NCBI GenBank assembly: GCA_937891245.1
Contig: CALAGB010000229.1
Span: 1-36,424 of the forward strand
Direction of reading: 5' to 3'
Source: an uncultured Thermomicrobiales bacterium
GTDB taxonomy: Bacteria > Chloroflexota > Chloroflexia > Thermomicrobiales > Thermomicrobiaceae
Length of the DNA stretch: 36,424 nucleotides
Numbering within the stretch: the first letter of the stretch is position 1; every line of letters starts with the position of its first letter. This document shows positions 7,711 to 16,749 of the stretch, piece after piece. Both the position numbers and the translations under genes were made by a program. The notes below the pieces were generated by a model. The model saw nothing but the letters and a program-made list of their open reading frames with translations, did no database searches and was not told the origin of the DNA.

Positions 7711-9610
7711 TGTCCCAAACGTCAGTCGCCCAGGGGGTCGGCTCGTAGCCGGTCAGACTCTTGGCCGCCGCCGCGACGTGGTTGCGGGAGACCATGCCGA
7801 TGTCGGCCACATCTTTGACCACCAGATCCTGCATCTGCAGGAAGATCTGGATTGACTTATCTTTGTCGACCTCCTTGGCCGCCTGGGCGTAGAGCGCGTT
7901 GAAATCGGGGTTCTGGTACCGCTGAATATTGCGCCCCGACCAGCCGTTCTCCTTCTGCGCAATATCGGTCGCCGGGTTAGCGGAGAGATAGCGCAGGTAC
8001 CAGAGCAGCGGGAAGACGCCGGCGGTGTTGCTCTCAATACCGAGGTCGCAGTAGAGATGCTGGAACGAGTCGTCGTTCCCGGCATTGAAGTAGACGCTGG
8101 CGTCAATCGCCTTGATCTCGCAAGCGATGTTCAGCTTCTGCAACGCCGCCTTAATGATCTCCTGCTCTTTCTGGCGCAGATCGTTGGTCGAAGCGGTGAA
8201 AAGCCAACTCATCTTGCGTCCGTTGAGCGTGCGGATACCGTCGGAACCGGGAGCGGCCCCAGCATCGTCGAGAAGCTGCTTGGCTGCGTCGAGGTCGAAT
8301 TTCCAGGTGATGTCCTTCGGCATGTAGAGCGGATTGTTATTGAGCGTGTAACCGGTTTCCTTTCCGCCCGGTCCATAGAGTTGCTTGGCGATCACGTCGC
8401 GTTGAATGGCGAGCGCCAGCGCCTGACGCACCTTCAGTTCTCTGAAGTGCGGATGGGGAGTCTGATAGTACGACTTCTGACCGTTCGTTTCGGTCTGCGG
8501 ATCGGTGTGGTTGATGACCAGCTTTTCCGTGCCGCCACCCGGCCAGGTGACAAAGGTGCCCTTCCCGCCTGACTCCATCGATTGCAGCACCGTCGACTGC
8601 ACCTGAAGATTCCAGGCCCAATCGGCCTCGCCGCTCTGCATGACGGCACGCGCCGCGCTCTCGGCCGAACCGCCACCCTTGATGATGACGCGATCGAAAT
8701 ATGGCTTGCCTGCCTCATAGTAGTCGTTGTTGATTTCGAAGACGACTGAGTCGCCGGGTGTGAAGTTGCTCACCTTATAGGGGCCGGTACCAATCGGCTT
8801 GAGATTGAATGGCGCCGTGGCAGCCTTTTCGCCAACGAAGTCCTTCAGAATATGCTCCGGCAGAATCTGCCCGGCCGCACCGGTAAACGGTGTATACCAA
8901 TCTGGCGTTGGATTCTTGAAGTTGATCCGTACCGTGTAATCATCGACCGCTTCGACCGTGTCGACGCTCTTGTAGTAGCCGATGGTTGTAGCGGCGCTCT
9001 TTGGGTCGCTCAGATACATAAAGGTGAAGACGACGTCGGCCGAGGTGAACGGCTCACCATCGTGCCACTTGACGTCTTTGCGCAACTGCCAGGTCACACT
9101 GGTGCCGTCGGCGGCAAGGCCCCCGTTATCGGCGCTCGGAATCTCAGCGGCGAGGAACGGGACCGGTTCGGTCTGATTATTGAAATCAGCCAACGGTTCG
9201 GCGTAAACACGCACCGAGCCGGTGTCCTTGTCGGCCAGCGAGAGGTGCGCGTTAAGAATCACCGGTGCCTGCCACCAGAGTATATTCAGGTCGCCGCCGC
9301 CACCACGCGCGGCCGTTGGAGTCGCCGCTTCGGTTGCCAATGGTGTGGCCGATCCGGTCGTGGCACTGGCCACCGGGCTGCCGGCTGACACTGACGCAGT
9401 GGAGGAAGATATCGCGGTGTTGGCAGCTGTCTCGGCCATGGTCGCGACCGGCGTTGTTTTCGAACCGCCACCGCAGGCGGCAAGGAGCGACGCGATCGCC
9501 GGAGCGCTCAACCCGAGCGCCACCGCGCGCCGAAGCACGTCACGACGCGAAAGCTGTCGCAGTCGTGCGCGAGTCATCAGTTCGTCAAACGCCTCGTGCT
9601 GCGTCTCCAC
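7685..9610 (-). CDS. ABC transporter substrate-binding lipoprotein, family 5 (peptide/nickel/oligosaccharide type), TAT-exported
   Basis: A twin-arginine signal and lipobox are present (LSRRDVLRRAVALGLSAPAIASLLAACGG), followed by a long Thr/Ala/Ser linker and an SBP_bac_5-like body. I prefer the GTG at 9608-9610, which has AAGGGAGGG 6 nt upstream. The ORF track start at 9727 is probably too long. Confidence 0.85.
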   Translation of the reverse strand: METQHEAFDELMTRARLRQLSRRDVLRRAVALGLSAPAIASLLAACGGGSKTTPVATMAETAANTAISSSTASVSAGSPVASATTGSATPLATEAATPTAARGGGGDLNILWWQAPVILNAHLSLADKDTGSVRVYAEPLADFNNQTEPVPFLAAEIPSADNGGLAADGTSVTWQLRKDVKWHDGEPFTSADVVFTFMYLSDPKSAATTIGYYKSVDTVEAVDDYTVRINFKNPTPDWYTPFTGAAGQILPEHILKDFVGEKAATAPFNLKPIGTGPYKVSNFTPGDSVVFEINNDYYEAGKPYFDRVIIKGGGSAESAARAVMQSGEADWAWNLQVQSTVLQSMESGGKGTFVTWPGGGTEKLVINHTDPQTETNGQKSYYQTPHPHFRELKVRQALALAIQRDVIAKQLYGPGGKETGYTLNNNPLYMPKDITWKFDLDAAKQLLDDAGAAPGSDGIRTLNGRKMSWLFTASTNDLRQKEQEIIKAALQKLNIACEIKAIDASVYFNAGNDDSFQHLYCDLGIESNTAGVFPLLWYLRYLSANPATDIAQKENGWSGRNIQRYQNPDFNALYAQAAKEVDKDKSIQIFLQMQDLVVKDVADIGMVSRNHVAAAAKSLTGYEPTPWATDVWDIKNWKKSS

Positions 9611-9825
9611 CCCATGCCCTCCCTTTTGCATACTCGATTCATACGCCGCAGGACCGCACGGCTCGGCCGGTACGTTCACTTCGACGCATACCTGGGATCT
9701 ATATGGTTGAGCGGATTCACCGCTCACCAGTCTTGCTCTTCTGTGCTACTGTAACGAACGAATTTGGGATTTGTCAATTCTCACTGAACAAATTGAGTAG
9801 TCGCGCTCGTGTGGAGAGGACGGCG

Positions 9826-10398
9826 ATGACGGAAGATTCGATTGACGCGGGCGTTGGCAAAAAGATCCGAGAGATCCGGACTCAGCGCCGTATGAGCCTA
9901 ACGCGTCTCGCCGAGCGCACCGGCGTTAGCAAAAGCCTGGTGAGTCAGGTCGAACGCGGCGTGAGCAATCCGTCGTTGCCGGTGCTGCGTGCGCTGGCGC
10001 AGGCGCTCGACGTGCCGCTCTTCACACTCTTCGTCGAGGACGATCTGCGCGACGGATTGGTACGCCATGATGAGCGACAGCAATTGCGCATACCTGGCTC
10101 GAATATCGTGCGGGAGCTGCTTGTTCCCGATCTCCATCGCCAGATGCTGTTAGTCGCGGCCCGCTTTAATCCGGGGGACGCCAGTTCGTTCGATGGGACG
10201 AGTCATCGTGGCGAGGAATGCGTGGTCGTCATTTCGGGGAGCATCGGTATCGAGGTCGGATCGACCCGCCTCGTGTTACATGCCGGTGACAGCTACTACT
10301 TTAATTCTGAACTATCACATGTCATCTATAACCCAACTGACGAGCCGGGGGAGATCATTGCCGCGATCAGCCCACCAGCTCGCTCACGTCCCGACTGA
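9826..10398 (+). CDS. XRE-family HTH regulator with C-terminal cupin domain
   Basis: The HTH is IREIRTQRRMSLTRLAERTGVSKSLVSQVERGVSNPSLPVLRALAQAL. The cupin motifs are HRGEECVVVISG...GDSYYF. The ATG at 9826 has GGAGAGGA upstream. The listed 5' extension back to 9265 is antisense to the SBP gene. Confidence 0.85.
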   Translation: MTEDSIDAGVGKKIREIRTQRRMSLTRLAERTGVSKSLVSQVERGVSNPSLPVLRALAQALDVPLFTLFVEDDLRDGLVRHDERQQLRIPGSNIVRELLVPDLHRQMLLVAARFNPGDASSFDGTSHRGEECVVVISGSIGIEVGSTRLVLHAGDSYYFNSELSHVIYNPTDEPGEIIAAISPPARSRPD

Positions 10399-10536
10399 CT
10401 AAGATTATTCGCGACACATCAAGAGGTCGTGGCTCACGCATTCTTGCACGATTTAAATATTCGCTTAAATAGTGCATCATGCATCGTGTAAGTTGATGAC
10501 GTCACTCAGCGGCAAATACGCTAGCCGGAGAGGCGC

Positions 10537-10880
10537 ATGTTCGATTCCATCTTTACCACCGCCGTGAACAACCACGACGCCACGGAACATCTCATCGAAA
10601 ATGTCGAGCCCATCCTCCAGCCGTAGGAAGTAGAAAATGAGCTCCTCACCCCGCACGCGCCGGCACCGCTCGACACGTTCCACGCCGGCGGTGAGGCGGC
10701 GACGCTGGCACTGGCGGAACTCGCTGGCATCGATGCCACCAGCGGAATATGATGCGTAACCTCATCGAACACCGGACATCCCTCGTTCGCGCCGTACTCG
10801 CACGGCCGTGAACCAGGTGACGTGACGGAGAGCCCGACGCGAAAGGAGGATTGTGTGGCGCGAACATCGAAGAAAGAGAA
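10537..10880 (+). pseudogene. Remnant of an unidentified plus-strand gene (in-frame stop and frame changes)
   Basis: The GC3-rich frame MFDSIFTTAVNNHDATEHLIENVEPILQP is stopped by TAG at 10624-10626. The same frame continues EVENELLTPHAPAPLDTFHAGGEAATLALAELAGIDATSG and then breaks again. No intact ORF spans the region. Confidence 0.25.
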
Positions 10881-10883
10881 GGC

Positions 10884-11078
10884 ATGACCCACGAACGGAT
10901 CGTCGATAGGGCGTCGCACGCCTTTCGCGCCAACGGCGTCGGCGGCACGAGCATTCCGGCATCGTATTCTCCGGGCGTGCCGGACCTTCTACACCGTGGC
11001 GTTCGCGACGTCACCGGCAACCATGGAGCACGCAGACGATCACCATGCCATAGATTAACGGGCGTTTCTCTCTCTTGA
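10884..11078 (+). pseudogene. TetR-family regulator relic (N-terminal HTH fragment only)
   Basis: MTHERIVDRASHAFRANGVGGTSI matches helix 1 of the TetR N-domain. The expected continuation (RILRA..TFYTVAFATS, compare G.FY.HF.SK) is in a different frame. There is no ligand-binding domain. Confidence 0.4.
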
Positions 11079-11104
11079 TAGTCGCTATCATTTTTCGGGA
11101 TACT
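11075..11104 (+). promoter_or_regulatory. Putative promoter with tetO-like operator upstream of the MFS-TetR operon
   Basis: TTGATA (11075-11080), an 18-nt spacer and GATACT (11099-11104) form the candidate promoter. The perfect inverted repeat TGATAG-tcg-CTATCA (11076-11090) overlaps the -35 element, 52 nt upstream of the ATG at 11142. Confidence 0.35.
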
Positions 11105-11141
11105 CCCTTGTTGGTAGTACTCTGGAAAGGTGGTGACTGCT

Positions 11142-12692
11142 ATGACTCTCTTTGGATCACGCAAATGGTGGGCACTGGCCGCGCTCGCCCTGGTCACACT
11201 GGCGGTTGGGGTCGATGGCACCGTCATCAATATCGCCCTGCCGACGCTCGCGGATGATCTCCATGCCTCCAACACGCAACTCCAATGGTTTGTCGACGCC
11301 TATCTCCTCGTCTTCGCGGCGCTGCTCCTGCCGGCCGGCCTGCTCGGCGATCGCTTCGGCCGCAAGAAGATGCTGATCGTCGGTCTCGTCATCTTCGGCG
11401 CCTCGTCGGCCGCCTGTGCTTATGCCACCTCGGCCGGCACCTTGATCGCCGCACGGGCGGTGCTCGGGCTCGGTGGTGCCTTCCTGATGCCGCTCTCGCT
11501 GGCGGTACTCCCGGTGCTGTTCACGCCGGACGAACGGCCGAAGGCGATTGCCGTCTGGGTGGCGGCCGGCGCCGTTTCGTACCCGATCGGCCCACTGCTC
11601 GGTGGCTGGCTGCTCAGCACCTATTGGTGGGGTTCGGTCTTCCTGATCAACGTGCCGGTGACGATTCTGGCGGTGATCGCGGTGCTGGCGCTCCTGCCGG
11701 AATCACGCAGCGAGGAACGCCCGCGTATCGACACGCTCGGGGTGCTCGCCTCCAGCCTCGGACTGGCCGGACTGACCTACGGCGTCATCGAGGCGGGAGC
11801 CAAGGGCTGGGGAGCCGCCGGAGCGCTCGTCCCGCTCATCATCGGCGTCGTGGCGCTGGTCGCCTTCATCCTCTGGGAACGGCGTCTGACTGCCGCTCCA
11901 CAGGGCAAGCCGCTCATCGACCTCGCGCTTTTCCGCTCGGCGAGTTTCACTTGGGGCACGTTGCTGGCGACGATCGTCTCGTTCGCCATGTTCGGCGTCA
12001 TCTTCGTCGCACCGCAATATTTCCAGGCGATCAACGGCACTGATGCGCTCGGCACCGGCGTTCGCCTGCTCCCGCTCATCGCCGGTTTCCTGATCGGTGC
12101 GGGACTGGCGAATCGCGTGACGCCGCGCGCCGGCGCCAAACTGACGGTCGCCATCGGCTTCGCGCTGCTGGCGATCGGACTCGGCATGGGCGCGCTCACC
12201 AGCGTGTCGAGCGGTTATGGCTTCACGGCAATCTGGACGACGATCGTCGGCCTGTCGCTTGGTTTCGTCATGCCGGCTGCCATGGATGCCGCTCTGAGCG
12301 CGCTCTCGGCGGAACGAAGCGGGGTCGGTTCGGCCCTTATCATGGCCCTGCGTCAGGTGGGTGGTGTCTTTGGCGTGGCGTTGCTCGGTACGATGCTTAA
12401 TTCCGCCTATCGCGGTCATCTCAACCTGCACGACGTTCCGGCACCACTGGCCGGTACCGTCGAAAAGAGCGTAACGGCCGGAACGGCTATCGCCGAACAA
12501 CTCGGCTCGACGGTGCTGCTCGCCTCGGTTCGTTCCTCCTTCGTCTACGGCATGGACGTCATGCTCGGCGCCTGCGGTATCGTCGCCCTCGTCGGGATCG
12601 TGCTCACGCTCGTCTTCCTGCCCCGACTGTCAGACGCCGCAGACGAATCGGCATCCGAACGAGTAGGATTGGAGCATGAAACCGTTGTCTGA
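11142..12692 (+). CDS. MFS transporter, DHA2 (EmrB/QacA-type, 14-TMS) drug:H+ antiporter family
   Basis: The N-terminus WWALAALALVTLAVGVDGTVINIALPTL...LQWFVDAYLL...LGDRFGRKK is typical of DHA2, and the length is about 515 aa. The ATG at 11142 has GGAAAGGTGG upstream. The GTG at 11130 is an alternative start. Confidence 0.9.
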   Translation: MTLFGSRKWWALAALALVTLAVGVDGTVINIALPTLADDLHASNTQLQWFVDAYLLVFAALLLPAGLLGDRFGRKKMLIVGLVIFGASSAACAYATSAGTLIAARAVLGLGGAFLMPLSLAVLPVLFTPDERPKAIAVWVAAGAVSYPIGPLLGGWLLSTYWWGSVFLINVPVTILAVIAVLALLPESRSEERPRIDTLGVLASSLGLAGLTYGVIEAGAKGWGAAGALVPLIIGVVALVAFILWERRLTAAPQGKPLIDLALFRSASFTWGTLLATIVSFAMFGVIFVAPQYFQAINGTDALGTGVRLLPLIAGFLIGAGLANRVTPRAGAKLTVAIGFALLAIGLGMGALTSVSSGYGFTAIWTTIVGLSLGFVMPAAMDAALSALSAERSGVGSALIMALRQVGGVFGVALLGTMLNSAYRGHLNLHDVPAPLAGTVEKSVTAGTAIAEQLGSTVLLASVRSSFVYGMDVMLGACGIVALVGIVLTLVFLPRLSDAADESASERVGLEHETVV

Positions 12693-13284
12693 CGATGGCC
12701 AACCTCCACTTGGCTTGCGTGAGCGCAAGAAAATGAGAACGCGTGCCGCGATTCGGCGGCACGCGCTCAAGCTCTTCCGGGAGCAAGGCTTCGCCAACAC
12801 CACGATTGACCAGATCGTCGATCCGCTGGAAATCTCCCAAAGCACCTTCTTCCGCTATTTCCCGACCAAAGAAGATGTCGTGTTGGAAGACGATTTCGAT
12901 GTGCTGGTGATCGATGCCTTGACGCGCCAACCGGCCGAATTGGGTCCGCTCACGGCTCTGCGCACGGCGATTCAGGAGGCGTTCGCGACGTTATCGCCCG
13001 ACGAACTGGCTGAAGAGCGCGAGCGCGAAGCCTTGATCATGGCGACGCCCGAGCTGCGCTCGCGGATGCTCGACGACTTCGGCCACACGATTCAGTTGAT
13101 TGGCGATCTCTTTTCCGAACGGCTCGGCCGCGCGCCGGATGCGTTCGCCGTGCGCGTCTTCTCCGGCGCGCTCATCGGCGCCATGCTCGCCGCCACCTTC
13201 ACCGCAATCGAAGACCCCAACGCCGACCTGCTCGCGCTGCTGGATCAAGCATTCGGCTACCTCGAAGCGGGTTTGCCCCTGTAA
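12676..13284 (+). CDS. TetR/AcrR family transcriptional regulator
   Basis: The HTH is RERKKMRTRAAIRRHALKLFREQGFANTTIDQIVDPLEISQSTFFRYFPTKEDVV. The gene overlaps the 3' end of the MFS gene by 17 nt, so the two form an operon. Confidence 0.9.
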   Translation: MKPLSDDGQPPLGLRERKKMRTRAAIRRHALKLFREQGFANTTIDQIVDPLEISQSTFFRYFPTKEDVVLEDDFDVLVIDALTRQPAELGPLTALRTAIQEAFATLSPDELAEEREREALIMATPELRSRMLDDFGHTIQLIGDLFSERLGRAPDAFAVRVFSGALIGAMLAATFTAIEDPNADLLALLDQAFGYLEAGLPL

Positions 13285-13295
13285 GAAAAAACTCA

Positions 13296-13360
13296 CGCGG
13301 AAACGCAGAGGTTTTATAGATTCACCTCTGCGTCTCTGCGGCTCTGCGGCTCTGCGCGAG
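13296..13360. repeat. Intergenic hairpin repeat, family 2, copy 1 (probable bidirectional terminator)
   Basis: A perfect 10-bp stem ACGCAGAGGT-11 nt-ACCTCTGCGT lies at 13303-13333, followed by the tandem ctctgcgg ctctgcgg ctctgcgcgag. Its reverse complement aligns with 20000-20061. It lies between convergent genes. Confidence 0.6.
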
Positions 13361-13370
13361 CTATTCGGTC

Positions 13371-14903
13371 TTAGTCGTGCTCGCCGACACCGACGAGGTC
13401 GGCTCCGCGCGACGGCTCGCGGCCGTTGGCCGTGGAACCGGCCGGTGCGGTTGCTGGCTCGATGCGGCGCATCGAGGCGGCCGCATCCGAATCGCGGATG
13501 AGGAAGGCGGCTCCGATACCGAGCAAGGCAACGAGCGCCGAGGCGAGGAAGGCGTCGTGATAGCCCATCAACGTCGCGTGCTGCGTCGCCGCCTGAATCG
13601 CGGCCTGCCCCGTCACGCCCTGCACCGCCGTCGCGACGTGCGATTGCACGCGGTCAACCAGCACCGTCGCCATGACGGCGACACCGACTGACGCGGCCAC
13701 TTGCCGGTTCGTGCTGAAGAGCGCTGAGGCACGACCGGTATCGGCCTGGCTGATCGTGGCATAGGTCGCAGCCTGCATCGGTACCATGCCGATTCCCATT
13801 GCCATACCGCGCAACAGCATCAGCCCGCGAATCCACCAGAGGCTGGTGTGCAGCCCGACGAGCAGGAAGAGCGACGAAACGATCGTGATCATCACCATAC
13901 TCGCGATGATCATGCGCCGCGGCCCGACGCGCGGATAGATGCGGCTCGACACCTGGGCCACGGCCGCCATACCCATTGCTTGCGGGAAGGTCGTCAGGCC
14001 CGATTCGAAGGCCGAGAGTCCAAGCAAGTCCTGCAGGAAGAGCGGCAGGAGAAAGAGCAGGCCCATCATGGCGCCGAAGATGGCAAAGACGACCAGGTTG
14101 CCGTTGCGGAACATCCGGTCGCTGAAGAGCCGCAGCGCCAGCATCGGCTCGCGCTTCTTCAGTTCAACTACCACCATCGCGATCAGGAAGGCGACTCCCG
14201 CAACGCCGGTGCCCCAAACCTTGGTTGACGTCCAGCCCGATGTCGGACCCTGCGAGAGGGCGAAGAGCGTTAATGGTAAACCGATCGCACCGAGAAAAAA
14301 TCCGGGAATATCGAAGCTGCCGACGCTCTTCTCCTGATGCTCTTTCAGCACCAGCAGGGCAAAGATAAAGCCGAGAATGCCGACTGGCGGATTGATGTAG
14401 AAGATCCAGCGCCAGCTTGCATGGTCGATCAGCCAGCCGCCGAGAATCGGTCCGACGGTCGGCGCGATGGCGGTTGGAATGACGAGCACCGCCGAGGCGG
14501 TGGCGCGCTCGTGCGGGGGGAAGGCGCGGAAAAGCATCGCCGTGCCGACCGGCGTCATCATGCCGCCGCCAACACCTTGCAAGACGCGGAAGAAGATGAG
14601 CGAATCGATGCTCCAGGCGATACCGCAGAGGGCCGACCCGAGCGAGAACATGGCCAGCGCGAAGAGGAAAACCCGCTTCGTGCCGAAACGATCACCAACC
14701 CAGCCAGATGCCGGAATCCAGACGGCCAGACTGAGCAGGTAGGCGGTAATGACCCATTCGAGTGTCGTCGTCGAGGCGTGGAACTCTCGTCCCAGGGTCG
14801 GCAGGGCGACATTGACGATCGTCGAATCCATAATGTCCATGAAGAGACCGGAAACGAACACGATCGCGACGAGCCACTTATAATCGAGAGATCTGATTTT
14901 CAA
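13371..14903 (-). CDS. MFS transporter, DHA2 (EmrB-type) family
   Basis: It shows DIMDSTIVNVALPTLGREFHASTTTLEWVITAYLL...GDRFGTKRVF, about 14 hydrophobic segments and a length of 510 aa. Confidence 0.9.
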   Translation of the reverse strand: MKIRSLDYKWLVAIVFVSGLFMDIMDSTIVNVALPTLGREFHASTTTLEWVITAYLLSLAVWIPASGWVGDRFGTKRVFLFALAMFSLGSALCGIAWSIDSLIFFRVLQGVGGGMMTPVGTAMLFRAFPPHERATASAVLVIPTAIAPTVGPILGGWLIDHASWRWIFYINPPVGILGFIFALLVLKEHQEKSVGSFDIPGFFLGAIGLPLTLFALSQGPTSGWTSTKVWGTGVAGVAFLIAMVVVELKKREPMLALRLFSDRMFRNGNLVVFAIFGAMMGLLFLLPLFLQDLLGLSAFESGLTTFPQAMGMAAVAQVSSRIYPRVGPRRMIIASMVMITIVSSLFLLVGLHTSLWWIRGLMLLRGMAMGIGMVPMQAATYATISQADTGRASALFSTNRQVAASVGVAVMATVLVDRVQSHVATAVQGVTGQAAIQAATQHATLMGYHDAFLASALVALLGIGAAFLIRDSDAAASMRRIEPATAPAGSTANGREPSRGADLVGVGEHD

Positions 14904-14993
14904 CCGGTCACCCCGTCCCGATGAAAGAACTTCGCGCCCTCATCACCTGTTTTCCGCGTCCCGGCAGGGAAAACAGGTTACGAGCGCGCGCCG

Positions 14994-15030
14994 TATACTA
15001 ACTAACCGGTCAGTTAGCCCGCGCAGTATA
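14994..15030. promoter_or_regulatory. Candidate operator palindrome upstream of the second MFS gene
   Basis: The core CTAACTAACC|GGTCAGTTAG (14998-15017) matches in 9 of 10 arm positions. It is nested in the outer arms TATACT...AGTATA and lies about 95 nt upstream of the start at 14903. Confidence 0.35.
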
Positions 15031-15223
15031 TCAACCGTTCAGGCACGGTCATCCTGTTCGGTTGGACAGGGAAGGACCGGAAAAAAGGACAACGCGAAGC
15101 TCGTACTCACGTGCGCAACGCGCCAGCGGGCTGCATTCCCTGCCGGTCCCTTCCACGAATCTGTCACCATTAGCCTGAATCGTGAACTTAATCGGGCCTC
15201 GTCGCTACTAAGGTGATGGAGGC

Positions 15224-15826
15224 GTGATTGACGTGGAGCACGCGATAACCGTGGTGAACAGATGGACACGCGAGCGGGGCGGCGACGGCGAGAGCGAGAT
15301 CGTCGCACGTATCGCGAACGGAGAACGGCAGGCGCTCGATACGCTGTATCAGCGCTACGCGCAGCCGCTCTTCGGCTACCTCCTGACGCTCACCACCGAT
15401 CACGGGCTGGCCGAAGAGATTCTGCAGGATACGTTCGTGGCCGCCTGGCGCGCGGCCGAGCGCTTCGAAGCGCGTTCGTCGGTCAAGACCTGGCTCTTCG
15501 GCATCGCCCGGCGCCAGGCGCACAACAGCCTGCGACGTCGCGACCTCACAGTTACCGGCGACGTGGGACTCGACCAACGACCGAGCGACGGGCCGGGGCC
15601 GGAAACGGCGCTGTTGCGAAACGCCGACCAACAAGCGCTCAATGACGCTATCGAGCGCTTGCGACCGGTCCATCGTGAGGTGCTGCTGCTCGCCTTCGTT
15701 CATGAACTCTCCTACGCCGAGATGGCCGACCTGCTCGATGTCCCGCTCGGCACGATTCGCAGCCGCCTGAGCAACGCCCGGCGCCTCCTACGCGACATCC
15801 TCGAAACCGCGGAAACGGAGCGATGA
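15224..15826 (+). CDS. ECF-type RNA polymerase sigma factor (sigma-70 family)
   Basis: Region 2 is LYQRYAQPLFGYLLTLTTDHGLAEEILQDTFVAAWRAAERFEARSSVKTWLFGIARRQAHNSLRRR. Region 4 is HREVLLLAFVHELSYAEMADLLDVPLGTIRSRLSNARRLL. Confidence 0.9.
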   Translation: MIDVEHAITVVNRWTRERGGDGESEIVARIANGERQALDTLYQRYAQPLFGYLLTLTTDHGLAEEILQDTFVAAWRAAERFEARSSVKTWLFGIARRQAHNSLRRRDLTVTGDVGLDQRPSDGPGPETALLRNADQQALNDAIERLRPVHREVLLLAFVHELSYAEMADLLDVPLGTIRSRLSNARRLLRDILETAETER

Positions 15827-16749
15827 CCATGTTCGATGATGCGCACATCATCGATCTGCTACCGGCCTACCTGAATCAGCGTCTCGGAGCGAACGACCGC
15901 GCACGCGTCGAAGCGCACCTGCGCGATTGTCCGGCGTGCCGGGCCGAGCTGGATGCATGGCGAGCGATCGCCTCGGCTACGCGTCAACTTGCGTCAGTCG
16001 CGGCACCGGCACCCGATCTGCTCGGTGCGATTCACGCGGTACTCGATCGCGACGAGGCGATGCAACCAGGGCTCGACCAGATCGATGTACGGTCGTTCCG
16101 CTATCTCTGGCAACTGCTACGGGGGCAGGCGCCACTGGTGCGGCGTGGCATCTGGCTCGCATCCGGACTGACAACCGCGCTCGGCGTGCTGGTCGCCATC
16201 GCTACCCTGCATCAGTCGATCGGCTCGTTCACGCTCGCACTCATCGCGCCGGTCGTCGCCGCTTTCGGCATGGCCTTCATCTATGGGCCGGAGAATGACC
16301 CATCGCTGGAGATCGCAATGTCTACGCCAACCTCGCCGCGCCTCGTGCTGCTCAGTCGACTGACGCTCGTCTTCGGGTACGACCTGCTGCTGGCGCTCAT
16401 CGCCTCGCTGCTGCTCTCGATGGTTCACGGCTTCACGCTCTGGGCGCTCATCGAACTCTGGTTCGCGCCGATGCTCTTTCTGTCAGCGCTGGCGCTGGCC
16501 GCTTCGCTCGTCTTCAGCCCGCTGGTCGCGATGGTCGGCGCACTTATTCTCTGGGGTCTGCGCCTGGTGCAGATGAGCAGTACGATGCGCAACGACCCCG
16601 CACCTTCCACCGACGTGGCGCAGGTGTTCGGTCTGCCCGCGCTCAACCCGTACCTGCTGGCGCTTGGTCTTGCGTTGCTGGTGTTCGCCATTGCCTACGT
16701 GCCACGCCAGGAACGCTTTAGTCTGAATGAAACGACAATGGGCCAATGA
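15823..16749 (+). CDS. Anti-sigma factor (zf-HC2 / ZAS motif) fused to a polytopic membrane domain
   Basis: An ATGA overlap couples it to the sigma gene. It has the N-terminal motif HLRDCPACRAELDAW (H-x3-C-x2-C), followed by about six hydrophobic helices. Confidence 0.8.
   Translation: MTMFDDAHIIDLLPAYLNQRLGANDRARVEAHLRDCPACRAELDAWRAIASATRQLASVAAPAPDLLGAIHAVLDRDEAMQPGLDQIDVRSFRYLWQLLRGQAPLVRRGIWLASGLTTALGVLVAIATLHQSIGSFTLALIAPVVAAFGMAFIYGPENDPSLEIAMSTPTSPRLVLLSRLTLVFGYDLLLALIASLLLSMVHGFTLWALIELWFAPMLFLSALALAASLVFSPLVAMVGALILWGLRLVQMSSTMRNDPAPSTDVAQVFGLPALNPYLLALGLALLVFAIAYVPRQERFSLNETTMGQ

Noticed and set aside
9611-9727. N-terminal extensions proposed by the ORF track (SBP to 9727, XRE-cupin back to 9265, decarboxylase alpha back to 2610, DUF1684 to 2005, second peptidase back to 33371)
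   Set aside because: The extensions lack coding character, overlap neighbouring genes or promoters, and have better internal starts with Shine-Dalgarno sequences or stop/start overlaps.
10537-10740. In-frame TAG at 10624-10626 as programmed read-through or a 29-aa leader or RiPP-like peptide (MFDSIFTTAVNNHDATEHLIENVEPILQP)
   Set aside because: The region shows several further frame breaks and no downstream modification or transport genes, so gene decay is the more parsimonious reading. It is kept only as a low-confidence pseudogene.
15183-15207. Possible ECF-type autoregulated promoter (GAAC ... CGTC) upstream of the sigma gene
   Set aside because: The spacing between the AAC and CGT elements is only about 12 nt, whereas ECF promoters typically have 16-17 nt. 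The match is too weak to call.
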